DNA of 64,000 bases from Camelus ferus (taxonomy: Eukaryota), in contig NC_045697.1 in the NCBI RefSeq assembly GCF_009834535.1, forward strand, positions 40,612,001-40,676,000, given 5' to 3'. A program made the translations under genes and the position numbers. The notes beneath the pieces are model-generated. The model had not been told where the DNA came from. It saw nothing but the letters and a program-made list of their open reading frames with translations, and made no database searches. Shown piece by piece: positions 13,350-25,934 of this stretch (the first letter of the stretch is position 1; each line of letters starts with the position of its first letter).

Positions 13350-14345
13350 AAAGGTATTAATGAGATGCCCAACAGGAAACACTTATCCTGTTCCATTCTA
13401 CCCCAACCAAATACCAAAATTATTTTTTAAGTCTGAGGCTCTTTGATTTCTGATTTAGCAATAATAAGCATGCGGAATTTCACAAATCTGCTATCCATCT
13501 GACAAAAGAAACTTACACACTTGATGATTTACTTTCCCAAATTTAATTTTGCAAGAAAACAGCAAAAATTCAGACTATGTATTTTTATCACACTGAGAAG
13601 TGCTAATATTGCTATTCATATCTGCTATTTAAATGTGATACATCAAAAGGAATCAGAACAAAAATATATGTAATATACAGCCTAGGTTATTTTATGGCAT
13701 TACTAAATATATTTAGTCAAGCAAGTGGGAACTAAGTAGCTGATAAAATTCATTTTAGAAAGCAAAAACCAGTTTCTAAAAGTCAAACTTAAAGAAACAC
13801 AATACTGACATGGTGTTTTGAAATAAAACATATTTGCAATAATACTAACAGCCATAATAGCTAAATGTATATATTAGTGCATGCTGTGTGCAAGGCACTG
13901 CTCTTGTGCTGTAACATATTAATTCATTTGATCCTTGCAACTCTAAGTTTAGTTACTATGATCCCTACTTTGGAAATAAGACCACTAAGGCTGAGAGAGG
14001 CTAAATAAGTTTACCACGGTCACACAACTGATAGCCGAATCAGGATCCAGTCCTAGGCAAACTGGGTCCATATTTCAGGCTCTTAAGATTATGCTATACT
14101 ATCCTAACTTCATTTTTAGCTCACACATATGTTTACATGTATTTACAGAAATAAAACATATACCATTCTCCACACATGTTGCTGACAGATTCTGTTGGAA
14201 AATATGGAAACACTCATTACATTTTTATATACTAACCATTTTTTTTCTAGAAAATAGTCATTCACAACTTTCTAGTCAAATCACAAGCCAACTGCAAAAC
14301 TGTGACTTTCTAGTTCTGCACAAATTATCAAAGTGTGGTAAAATT

Positions 14346-15083
14346 TCTTTTTTTTTTAAATTGAAGAATAATCAGTTTACAATGCGTCAATTATTTCTGG
14401 TGTATAGAGTGTTTTAGTCATACATATACATACATATATTCATTTTCATATTTTTTTATTATAGGTTATAAGATACTGAATATAGTTCTCTGTGCAAGAA
14501 ACTTGTTTATCTATTTTATATATACTAGTTAATATTAGCAAATCTTGAGCTCCCAGTTTATCCCTTCTCACCTCCTTTCCCGGACCCTGTAACCATAATA
14601 CATTTACTATGTCTGGGAGTTTGTTTCTGTTTTGTAGGTAAGTTCATTAGTGTCTTCTTTTTTCTCTTTTTAGAGTCCATATATGAGTGACGTCATATGG
14701 TATTTTTCTTTCTCTTTCTGGCTTACTTCACTTAGGATGATGATCTCCAGGTCCATCCATGTTGCTGCAAATAGCATTATTCTTTTTTTATGGCTGAGTA
14801 GTACTCCATTGTATAAATATACCACAGCTTCTTTATCCAGTCATCTGTTGATGGACATTTAGGTTGTTTCCATGATGTGGCTATTGTAAATAATGCTGTT
14901 ATGAACATTACGGTGCATGTATCTTTTCGAATTAGAGTTCCCTCTGGATATACGCCCAGGAGTGGAACTGCCAGATCATGTGATAAGTCTGTTTTTAGTT
15001 TTTTGAGGAATCTCCATACTGTTTTCCATAATGGCTGCACCAAACTGCATTCCCACCAACAGTGTAGGAGGGCTCTCTTTTCT
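14346..15083 (-). mobile_element. 5'-truncated young LINE-1
   Basis: ORF2 C-terminus ([31 protein letters not shown]), 3'UTR and polyA; 15-bp TSD aagtgtggtaaaatt (14331-14345 / 15084-15098). Confidence 0.92.
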
Positions 15084-16250
15084 AAGTGTGGTAAAATTCT
15101 TGATGATAAATTTCTTCTGTCTTTTCCAGGATGCTTTGTAATATAATATACCAGACACTCAACACAGACTTGTTGGCTTAACTTTTGGCTTTTTCTTTCA
15201 TGCCAGTAAGCAGTCACTGGTTTTAGATATATCCCACTTCACGTAGGGTCCCCAGCATTCTAAAAATGAAGAATAACTGCTAAGCAGTATTCCATTGTTC
15301 TAGTGGTATCTATCAAAAATAGCACTAGTGACTTCAGAGAGTTTAGATGTTTATTCCTTCCCTTCCCAATTTCACTGAAAAGAGATAAAGATGTATAAAA
15401 GGCAACAAAATCCACAGCAGAAGAGAGAATAGCATACCACTAGTGAAGGAGATTTTAACCAATTTCAGGAAGATAAAAAGTAGATGGAATCATATTGACC
15501 TACAAACCAAAGTAGAACACATTATATTTGAGAATACACACAAAAAGGTGAAGGAGAGATGCCCTTCCTACAAGAGGAGATTTCAAGCTTGAAATAAGTG
15601 GGCCCAAATGTTAAGTAGGCAGTGTAACAGTAACCACGGAAATCAGTCCTCCTCCCTCCCTATCCTTCAAACGAGAAGCCAGCGTTAGCTGTCTGCCCCT
15701 AGGATAAAAACCAAAATTTAAAGAAAATGAAGACTAGAACCTCTATTGGGAATGTTGGTATTGAAGAACACAGTAGAAACTTAGGCTTAATATCTCTACA
15801 ATTCACAATGAGGAGGTAACAGTCAACACAGCTATGCCCAACAGAGAAGTTGCTCCAGTGTAAAGCCTGGAAGGAAAGGGGAAGAGGGACATTCCCAGTC
15901 TGTCCACCTGGTACCAGCTCACACACCCCCAAGTGAAACCTTCTAGTCTAGGTGCACTGGCAGAAGGAGCCAATATTCAAGTAGTCCTCCAATTTAGAGA
16001 AAATAATACCTACATTAATCAAAATATAAATAACAGGCATTTACCAGATGTTTGGAAAAAAAGGAAAAAGGACCAAAAAGGAACAGAACCACTGACCCAA
16101 AATAGTCAATTCAAAAAGTAAAAGATAATTTTTTATTCTAATTATCATTTTCATAGATTCAAAAGACATTTTATAGCCATAAAATAAGAAAACACTGCTA
16201 TAAAAGAGAGCAATTCGGGAAAAAATGTTCTGTCAATATATATGTAAGTT

Positions 16251-16342
16251 GAGGGGAGGTATACCTCAGTTGTAGAGTGTATGCTTAGCATGCACAAGGT
16301 CCTGGGTTCAATCCCCAGTATCATTAAAAATGTGTGTGTGTG
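16251..16342 (+). mobile_element. vic-1-like SINE (short form)
   Basis: A/B boxes; TSD tgtaagtt on both sides. Confidence 0.85.
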
Positions 16343-16429
16343 TGTAAGTTAAAAAACATAATAAAATCAATCCCTGGGAATTTACCATCCAACCTAAGAA
16401 CTTTGCATTCTTGATCACATCTTGTGATA

Positions 16430-17880
16430 AAATAAAAAAAAAGACAACAGATAACAAGTGTTGGAGAGGATGTGGAGAAAAGGGAACTCCATGTACTGTT
16501 GGTGGGAATGTAAGTTGGTACAGACACTATGGAAAACAAAAAATTAAGAGAACTACCATTCAATCCAGCAACTCCACTCCTGGGTATTTATCCGAAGAAA
16601 ACAGTAACACTAATTCCAAAAGATATATGCAGCCCTATGTTCACTGCAGCATTATTTACAATAGCCATGATATGGAAGCAACCTAAGTGCCCATTCATAG
16701 GTGAATGAATAAAGATATGGTATATATATACAATGGAATATTACTCAGCCATAAAAAGAATGAAATCTTACCATTTGCAACAACATGGATGGACCTAGAG
16801 GGAATTATGCTAAGTAGAATATATCAGACAGAGAAAGACAAACATTCTATGATTTCATTTATATGTGGAATCTAAACAAATGAACAAACATACTAAACAG
16901 AAACAGAGTCATAGATACAGAGAACAAATAGGTATTCACCAAAGGGGTGGGGGGTAGGTGGGAGGAGAGAAATAGATGAGGGAGCTGGAGCTACAAACTT
17001 AGTTACAAAAGGAGGGTATACCTCACTGGTGAAGAGTGTGCCTAGCATGCACAAGATCCTAAGTTCAATCCCCAGTACCTCCATTAAAAAAAAAAAAAAA
17101 CTAATTACTTACTGCCCTACCCCCAAAAAAGAGAAAAAACTTTCAGTTACAAACTAAATGGGTCACATGTGTGAAATGTACAGTGTGGAGAATATAGAGA
17201 TGAATTAAAATTATCAAAACCCCCAAATACTTTAATCCAGTTTTGGTTAAAATTCAAAGGAAACTATAAGTGACCAGTTGTGATGGAAATCTTTGAGGGA
17301 TAGAGGCTGTCAACGTAACTGCTTTTGTGAACGCCTCTATGATTATATATTATGTATTATCTTTATATGGTGACAGACAGCAACTAGAGTTATTTATCAT
17401 GGTGGTCATTTTGAAATGTATAGAAATATCAAATCATTATGGTGTGTACCAAGAACTAACAAAGTGTTGCAGATCCTTCATACTTCAAAAACAAACTCAT
17501 AGAAAAAGAGAACAGATTCATGGTTACCAGAGAGGCAGGGGTTGGGGAGGGAAAACTAAATGAAGATGGCCAAAAGGTACAAACTTCCAGTTAGAAGATA
17601 AATAAGTACTAGGGATATAATATATTACACAATAAATATAATTATCACTGCTGTATGTTACATATGAAAGTTGTTAAGAGAGTAAATCCTAAGAGTTCTC
17701 ATCGTAAGGGAAAAATTTTTGTTCTGTATCTTTAATTTTGTATCTGTATGAGATGAAGGCTGTTCACTAAACTTACTGCGGTAATCATTTCATGATGTAT
17801 ATAAGTCAAATTATTATGCTGTACACCTTCCACTCAAGCAGTGCTGTATGTCAACTATATCTCAGTAAAACTGAATAAAT
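16430..17880 (+). mobile_element. LINE-1 3' region(s), composite
   Basis: ORF2 C-terminus-like text and L1M 3'UTR (aagagttctcatc...tatctcagtaaaactg); interrupted by a SINE at 17011. Confidence 0.8.
17011..17135 (+). mobile_element. vic-1-like SINE inserted in an L1 3'UTR
   Basis: A/B boxes; A tail; imperfect TSD aaactt(tc)agttacaaa. Confidence 0.85.
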
Positions 17881-18669
17881 AAGAAAAAGTTACTGTCAAA
17901 TACAGACGAGATGACCTATGGACTGCACAGGACTGAAGTCTGAATTGGTAGTCTGGAAGATAAATTTGAGGACAATCTCTAAGAACATCGTACAAAAAGA
18001 CAAACCAATAGAAAATGAGAGAAAAAGAGAAACAGAGGCTTTTTCCAGAAGGTCCAGGGGGAAAAAGGACAGGACAAGAGAAAAATGGGAGGGGGGGGAA
18101 AATAGAAGAAAATGTCCTTGCGTCTAAAGTAAACATGACATACCAAGCAAAAAGCACTAAAAAAAACCCACTCCTAGAAGCAGCCTCTTAATATTTATTA
18201 CTCTGTGCCTAGAGTGGTACCTAGGACACTGTGGTTACAAACCTGAAGGAGAGAGGAATAAAAGGAGGCTGTGTAAGATACTGTAAATCCCTAAATTTAT
18301 ACAAGGCAAATTTAAAAAGGTAAATAATAAATATATTATCTACACAGAAATGTGTAAGTACAGGAGAGGAATGACGGCTTATATTTTTAATTTTACACCA
18401 TTTATACTGTTCACATCTTTAAACTTCGTGCGTGTACTAATTTTAATAATAATGTTTTAAGTATTAAACAAAAGAAAATAAATGGCAAGGGACAACACCA
18501 CAACCAAACAAGAGCTATTTAAACCCTCTGGGGGCAATAATGTTGTGTGTTAGTGAGTCATGGAGGATGGCAAATTTCAATACCATAAGAAAAGTCACTA
18601 CCACTTGCTTCTCTTAAAAGGCAGATAAAACATTTTAGAGCCTTTTAAAAACGTATACATGGCTGTAAA

Positions 18670-19420
18670 AATCCGGGAAGCAGGCAAAGCCTACTGAATC
18701 CACCGGACCAGAAACTGGTTCCCACCCGCAACCCAAGGAGTTGGGAGGAGCCGCCAGCACTGGAAGAGAAAATACCTGCACGCCGGGATGCTGCAACTGC
18801 CCGAGGACTTGACAGTCACAGAGGCCAAGGCCACAGAGAAAGACACGGTGGCTAAAGTCGTTCCCAGGACGCGTCCGGCCATCAGCGTGGGAACGAGCGC
18901 TCTTAGTTTGGGCCGCAGCCTCCGCCCGCGTCACAGCCCCGCGCCCCAGCCCGGGTGTCCAGCGAGCGCTGGGACCGGCTCGCCCTCCCGCTCCGGAGAG
19001 GGAGTAGCTATATCTATCTTATCAACACAGAGACCAAAAGCTCTCTCAAAATAACAGAACACCTCTACCCTCACGCTCCCAGCGCGGGCGTCCGCCGTCA
19101 GGGGAAACAGCCACGCGGGCCGTGACGTCCCCGGTGCGTGACGGCACTTTACGGCCGTGTCGCAAAGCGAAGACGGTGCCGGCTCCGTAGCGCTTGCATT
19201 CCTCGTTTTCCTAGTCTGGCTGAGGCGCATTTGGGACGAGGTGGAGGTGTGGGGGGAGGCTGTGGTACCGAGAAAGCGGAAAAGAAAGGAGGAAGTGAAA
19301 GGAGACGAAGAAAATTAGAAGGGAGAAGAAAGCAAGGGGTCAGAGAGAAGTGTGTTGTCCTGGTTTTTTCGACAGAAAAGATATTACAGGCCCTGACGTA
19401 GTGAACCACGCGCGTCCTAG
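18670..19420 (-). promoter_or_regulatory. NUDT9: NUDT9 CpG-island promoter / 5'UTR
   Basis: Only strongly CpG-dense segment in the window; spans exon 1; several TGACG (CRE half-site) motifs; boundaries approximate. Confidence 0.85.
18776..18882 (-). CDS. NUDT9: NUDT9 coding exon 1 (107 nt; N-terminal presequence MAGRVLGTTLATVSFSVALASVTVKSSGSCSIPAC)
   Basis: ATG at 18882 inside a CpG island; donor AG|GTATT after 18776; phase 2 joins exon 2 in frame; resembles the mammalian NUDT9 N-terminus. Confidence 0.95.
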
Positions 19421-19789
19421 TCATATCTGAATAATAAGTGGTTACAGGAAAAGGAGGTAGGGAGGAGACTTACAGTCCTCGTATCTGGGGATGCAGTGAG
19501 TGAAGTTCGACGGGTGTGGCTCTGGCAAACCCGCACATAGCCTGGAGGAGGAACAGGGTCACACACGAGATAACTCAAGAGGCAAAAATTAGTCACACTG
19601 CCAAACTGAAAGTTGGAAATCAAGATTATCCAAAACAGTTTGTAATCTGGTTTTCATCTTTGATACTATCTTATTAATATCTTCGAAAATTTAACTTTTA
19701 GTACACAATCCATTGTTTCAGAGGTGTGGTATACAGACATTGTAAAACTTTTGACCATTTGAAAAGCCAGATTTACCAAACTTTTAACA

Positions 19790-20970
19790 ACTGTGCTGAA
19801 GACGTAGAGCTCTTGGCATCTAAACGTCTGCACTAAGAGACTTGACCAAACTCTTGTCAGCGAACATTCAATTAACTACTAAGTTAAGAAGAAAAAAAGG
19901 AATTTTATTGGAGCCAAACTGAAGATTTTAACCTGGGAAGCAGATTCTCAGAAAGCTTCGTTAGAAGACGAAGGCTCAGTCATACGTATTTGAGTCAAAG
20001 GATCATACAGCAAAATGACATACTGAAATTTCACATGAAGTTCACCAGAGATACATAGTCCAGGTAAGCCTCTGCAAGGCCATTGAGTCAATATGGACCC
20101 CTCCTCCCAACATACACACACAAAGTGGGAAGGAACATATTCTTTTAAGAAGTTACATTGTTAGCGTCAGAATAAAGGGAACAAATTGATCTTTAAGATT
20201 GAGCAGGCACTCCCATCTTTGAGAAGTTCTGGTTAAGTGTAATGCAGAGGCACGCTGCACATTAGGGAGGGAGACCCAAACAAACAATTTTATGTTTAAT
20301 TTTTTTCTTGTGCCTTAAAATACAAATTTTATTTCATTGCTCTGATATGGCTTCTAACAGCTTAAAGCCTTGTCCCTAGGATAATCCCAGTGCCCCTATC
20401 CCCACCTCTATAAAATACCTGCCTAGAAGAGCTCAACGCTGCCAGAATTTACTGTTTGTTCCAGGCAAAACCAGGATAGGCAGACAGATCCGAGACCCCT
20501 TTCCTGGAGCAGTTTCTTTAGAAAGCTTGCAAATATAAATCCTTTCTCTGCCCTTTGTGATATAAATCTACCACTCAGAACTGTTTCCTTAAGGCCCTGA
20601 GAGCCCCTGTCTTTAAAATGCAAATATTCAGGAAGATAACTGTGCTACCTCCACATCCTTGGCAGAGGATAAGGACCTAACCTCAGTGGGTGCCTTTCTT
20701 CAGCTTGCACTACTGCCTCCTGTCATAAAGATAGGAGAAGTTTGTTTCTCCTCTGACAGATGTCAATTAACAGACCAGATGGCCTAGTCACATGGTTCAC
20801 CCACCCACCCCCTTACCACCCCTTAGTGCCTTTCCCTTAGCACACTTCAGCCTTTGAAAAGTTTCCAGTCTTCTCTTTCAGGGAAGTGGATTCAGTTCAT
20901 AGTGTAGTGTTTATTGAATAAAATATGTCCTTACCACTGTAAGTAATATCCAGCTTTGTTTATCTTTAAT
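19790..20970 (+). mobile_element. Older ERV1-class LTR hosting the 19855-20339 LTR
   Basis: LTR-like text resumes after the CTCT TSD; AATAAA at ~20918; boundaries approximate. Confidence 0.5.
19855..20339 (-). mobile_element. ERV1-class solo LTR (MER41-like)
   Basis: Reverse complement is similar to 8045-8547; perfect TSD CTCT. Confidence 0.85.
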
Positions 20971-21103
20971 AATTTATCCAGTTAGCAAAGTACTATTATT
21001 AAAATATGCTTGCCTTTTAAAAAATAAAAGGACTTGGCTTCCTGTAATCTTATAAACTTCACTTTCAATGTTGGTAACAGCTATTAACCTCTGTTTAAAC
21101 TGG

Positions 21104-21491
21104 CATTAAAAAACAAAATTCAACTGAGTAAATTTGAAAATAATTGGCTTTATTAAATAATTCATGAACCAGGCAGCATCCTATCTAATAAATAGAAAGG
21201 AGCTCTAAGGAGCTGTACAAATGGAAGGTTTTTAAAGTCAGGAAGGAGTGGGACAAGGAAGTGAAAAAGAAAAGAAAGGATTATTTCAGGCACAGTCACC
21301 TTTCTTTGGGAAAAAGGGAGGAATTAATCATGCTGATTACTGCACTAATGTTGATCAGGAAATTCCAGACTGATAGGTTTAAAATCACAATTCCAGGAGA
21401 GGCTGAAACTGCAATTAAGTATTGAGTTTTGGTTTGTTTATGTGGGACTTAACATAAGTGACTTTGTTTTGAATTTGTTCCTTTTTTAACA
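21104..21491 (-). mobile_element. ERV1-class solo LTR
   Basis: TSD CTGG; same family as 44564-44927 (gcagcatcc..tcta..aatagaaaggagctct). Confidence 0.8.
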
Positions 21492-22247
21492 CTGGAAATG
21501 TATTGGGCAGGCTCTATTAAAAAGATTCAGCTCAAATTAGTTCAACTGACAAATTAGTCTTTAGGGAGAAGAAGAGTAAGGCAGTGAGTCACAAAACCTC
21601 TGATCAAAGAACGGGAGAAACAGAAAGAAGTTCACATAGGAAGTTCTTCAAGCCCTAGTCTTCCGACTCTACATTCCTTAAAGGAAAGTCGGAGTTGACT
21701 TAGTTTAAAGAACTAAGCAAACAACTATGCAAACACATAACTATGCAAACAAAACCAACTCCCTGGCACTGAGACTGCACCACAGTTAGCTCAGACAGCG
21801 GGGTCTCCTATGTTCCTCTCTTCAGGGACATGCATTCCGCAGTCTGCAAGACTGTAGTGTGTGTGTGCTGCAGCCCACTTGGGCAGAACTGAAATGCCAT
21901 CTTGAATATTTACTATTTTATATTACTGGCCAACGACTCACATCCTAAATTAAATGGGTGTCCTCAGGGCTTTTGTTTTCTACTGTATATTTTTATTTAG
22001 AAGCCAGATACCAACATTTAAGTGCTTCTTATAATAGTTGGTGAGACAGGCACAAGAGACTGAGAAATAAATATTTTAAACAGGAAAACCGTGTACATAA
22101 TTACTGAAATTGATAAGTATGCTAAAAACAAGAATGATTAAGAATTCCAACTATCTCCCCCTTTTTCCATTCATTTTGTATATAACAAATGTTAACTGAT
22201 TACTTACTATTTACCAAGCACTGCCCTAGATGCCAGGAATACAACTG

Positions 22248-22782
22248 TGAAAGTCAGGGAGGAAAATTTTTTCTTCTACCCTTTTAGGTTTTTTGGTCTA
22301 ATTTATTAATTAAGACGGATTAACAGGAGAAAAACAAATTCGATTTCATACACACAGGAGCCCACATGTCACACAGACATGAGAGGGTCAAAGACAATCA
22401 GGCAATTAAAGCTAATAGGCCATTCTTAGCTAAGGAGAAGAAGGTAGGCATCTGGATCTTCAAAGGGAAGGAAGACAATTCATAGGAAAATGGGAAGAGC
22501 ACATGTTTGATAAACAGTTTGTCATGCCACATGCAGAGACAATGGGATACAGCAAGGAATTTGAACAAACAGGTCCACTGAACTCCCCCCAGCTCACACT
22601 CTTTGTAGTTATCTCTGGTAATACCTCTTTCTGGACCAAGCCCTCTATCTGAATTCTTTTAGGCAGTTAAGGGGGTGGTAAAAAAGCTCTTCCTGAGTCT
22701 TTTTATCCTCAGTTGTCTTCACCTCAAAATAATTCATGTGCGAAAGTGGCACATTTAAGGGAGACTCATTCTGAACCCCTTA
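22248..22782 (-). mobile_element. Solo LTR inserted in an L2 remnant
   Basis: Shares gattaacaggagaaaaacaaatt and end motifs with 25412-25934; L2-like text resumes after it. Confidence 0.65.
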
Positions 22783-23189
22783 ATGAACAAAATGGACAAG
22801 GCCATGCTTTCATGAAGCTTACTTTCTAGAGGAAGGGAATCAACCATAAGTAAGTAAACAACCTGGGGATTACAGTGCAATGAAGGAAATAGACAACTTG
22901 CTGTGGAAAAGAATAATTGAAGCAGATATGGCTTCTTTAGATTACAAGAGAGGGGTATCCAAGAAGGCTTTTCTGAGGAGGGTGCATTTTGAAATATACC
23001 TAAGACTTGTGAAGTTGCCAGCCACTTGAGAAGTTGGGGAAAGAGCATTCCAGACAGAGAGGACTGTAAGTGCAAAAATCTTTGAGACAGGAAAGAGCTT
23101 GGCCATAATCAAGAAAGAGAAATGTCAACGTGCTAAAGCACACTAGTAAGCCAGGGAAATCATGATCTGCAATGAAGCCAGAGAGGTGG

Positions 23190-23670
23190 GCCAGTATGGT
23201 TGACATAGCTCTCTGTATCCCAATATCCATTTACCCACTCTCCCTTCTTCGATGTTATGTAGAAATGTGTCCAGTTAAAAATTTTTTTCACCAAGATCCC
23301 TGCAGTTAAAAGGGCCATTTGACCCTTCCTGGAAAATGAGATGAATGTGCAGCCTGCTGTGTAGGTCTTCTGGGAAGGCTATTATTCTCCTGGTGAAAAA
23401 AGACTCACTCATTTGGCAGGAATTATTAACTGTTTGCTATTTCCCCTCCCTCCTTTATTCTGCTTGAAAGGAGGACAATTTCTAAAGAAGGAGTAGCCAT
23501 CCTGATACCATAATAACAAAAACCACACATGAGGATGGCAGAATAGGGAGTAAGAAGGACCCTGAGTCTTTTATGACTTCCTCAAGTAGTAGCACCCATC
23601 CTGGATATCTTGCTTCTGGGCTAATGAGAAAAATAAACCCTTATTTGGCTAAGCTACTATGGTTGTGAAA
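23190..23670 (+). mobile_element. Old MaLR (MLT1-like) LTR
   Basis: gccatcctgatacca...gaggatggcagaatag...gagaaaaataaacccttatttggctaagcta motifs. Confidence 0.55.
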
Positions 23671-24222
23671 ATCTGGACATAAGAGCCAACTCATATAAGG
23701 TTTTATAGGCTATGGTAAGGAATTAGGACTTTACCCCAAGTGCAATGGAAAGCCACTAATACTCCACCCAACTTTATTCCTCACGACATAAAGAAGTATG
23801 ATAAGAGTTGGAACTAGATAAACAGAAACACTAGGGTGGAGGTTGGAGTGGGAAGCCAGGTTACTGGATTCTTAATACCTGACTCCACTACCATCATACC
23901 ATCTCCACATACCATCTTCTTTCCCATAAAACACTGGATCAGAAGTAGCCTGCTACCCTCTTTTCTCTTCCCTTATGGCAAGGATTTTCTTCGTATTTTC
24001 TGTGTTCTTTCAATCAGAAGAAACTTCCCACCCACCAGTTCTGTTTCTTAGTAAATTAATGCATGCTGAAGGAAGTTTTAAAGCCCTTTTTCACTTGACG
24101 AAGTCTGGCTTTCAAGGTTAATCCTGCATTAGCGACTCAGAAATCCTATTTGACAGTCACTTCTTTGTTCCATTTCGTATCTATTCTTCCCTCTGAAATA
24201 ATAAAACCATTATGTCACCATT

Positions 24223-24296
24223 AGGTGCTGGGGTTTGAATCTAGGACGTTATGCATGCCAAGTACATGTTCTACCACTGAGCTAAACCCCCCACCC
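24223..24296 (-). mobile_element. vic-1-like SINE (degenerate)
   Basis: Reverse complement carries TAGCTCAGTGGTAGA and GATTCAAACC boxes. Confidence 0.75.
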
Positions 24297-25411
24297 TGAG
24301 AATTTGACAGGTAGATTTGGTCAAGTCTGGGAAAGCTCCACTTTTAAGAAGTAACACTTGAAATGAGATCTGAGGGAAGAATAGGAGTCAATCAAAAAAT
24401 GAAGACAAAGAAAAAACCGTATGCAGTCCTGCTGGCAGTGTGTCCTACTGGCAGGGTGTCTGGTACATGTAAGTGATCAGTAAATCAAGATCTCTTTCTC
24501 CTCTCCTCTCCCTTCCTTAGGGAATCTACTAGTGTAGTTACAGTGCTATTCAGAGAGATACAGAACTACTACAGTGGGACCCCTTCACAGGTCCCCCTAG
24601 AATCTTCCTGAGCAACACAGTATGCAATAGTCCATGGAAAAAAATGTCCTCATGGGTTTCAGTTCATCTGTAGCTGAACAATAAATAAATCTGTGGTATA
24701 GCTTGCATCAGCAAGGCAGGAACCAATAATCAAATGTAGTCTATTGTACAAAGAGCCAGGCATGTTCTCAGTGCAATCAGTGTTCCAGGATGGGACTGGA
24801 CATGATCAAAGATGTTCAAAAAGCCCAACAAACCATCCTCTAACAGAACTTTTATTAATAAGGAGAACTTGTTGACTCTTGGGGTTATTTAATTAAATAA
24901 GAAAGTAGTTCAAGGACAATCTTTGCAAATGTTACTATGTGTTACACCAAAGAGATTTCAAAGAATGGTCTTTTGCAGTTGAAAATAAGTATTTTCCAGT
25001 TTTTGTAGATATTCTGTTAGAGTTGCTACATGGAATAGACAAAGTTAGCTTATTTAACAGCTAGTTGAAAAACAAGCATTTTGTTTCCACATTTTAAGTT
25101 AGTAATTTTGTCCTTTTTAGGAGTTCCATAAGGTTCCATAAATAAGCTTTCATCAATAGTTATAGCTAGAGAAAAAACCTAGGAACAAAGGTTTCCATCA
25201 AATCAAGGCTACTGCATACAGCAGCAGTGCTGCGATGAGCAGTATAAGAACATACCTCCATTAAGTGTGAACTCTCATCCCCATCGTTCCACCTTTCATT
25301 TCTCCTATTAGAGGATATGTGCTTTCCATTTCATAATTGTTTGAGTAGGGTGTCTTCTATATTGAAGGCAGTATCTTATTTGTTTGTTTTTAAGGGTTAA
25401 CATTAATTTAT

Positions 25412-25934
25412 TATCAGAGAGGGGGAAATTTCCCTCTCTACCTTTCATGAGCTCTTGTGGCTAGACACAAGACAGATTAAAGAAGGAGAAAAAGAAACAA
25501 ATTTTAATTCATGTGCATGAAGTTCGCACAGAAATGAGCCTAAGAAGTGGCCAAAGCAAACAGCTTTTATATTTTTTAGACAAAGAAACAAATTTGTGAG
25601 TAATTGACAGGAGAAAGAAACTTAGGTTCTGGGTGCCTTATTAGTGAAGAATCCAAAAGGAGTTTGGGCTTGGGGTAGCGAATTAAAGAAGTAACAAGGT
25701 TTTTTTTTATAGCTTCTCAGCCCGGGTTCCCTATCTCTGGTGATAAGGGTGGCCTTCTACCTCAAGATATGGCAAGTACAACTTTCATATGAGAGATTTA
25801 TTTCCTGCTTTCATGGAGACAAAAAGAAGGGTCAGTGTTCTTCTTGCATTGATTGCTTCTTAAGTAACTTTAATTCAAAATAATCAGTATGCCATTGATG
25901 TACATTTTGGGATAGCCAGCCCTGGATCCCAACA
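25412..25934 (-). mobile_element. ERV1-class solo LTR
   Basis: Ends CCCAACA; TSD TTAT; reverse complement is similar to 43617-44138. Confidence 0.75.

Noticed and set aside
14777..15217. 146-aa ORF (also 16..378 and 49997..50239)
   Set aside because: LINE-1 ORF2 fragments or their antisense frames, not host genes
18635..19424. Several overlapping 87-99 aa ORFs around the NUDT9 promoter
   Set aside because: Expected in stop-poor GC-rich DNA; no recognisable protein apart from NUDT9 exon 1
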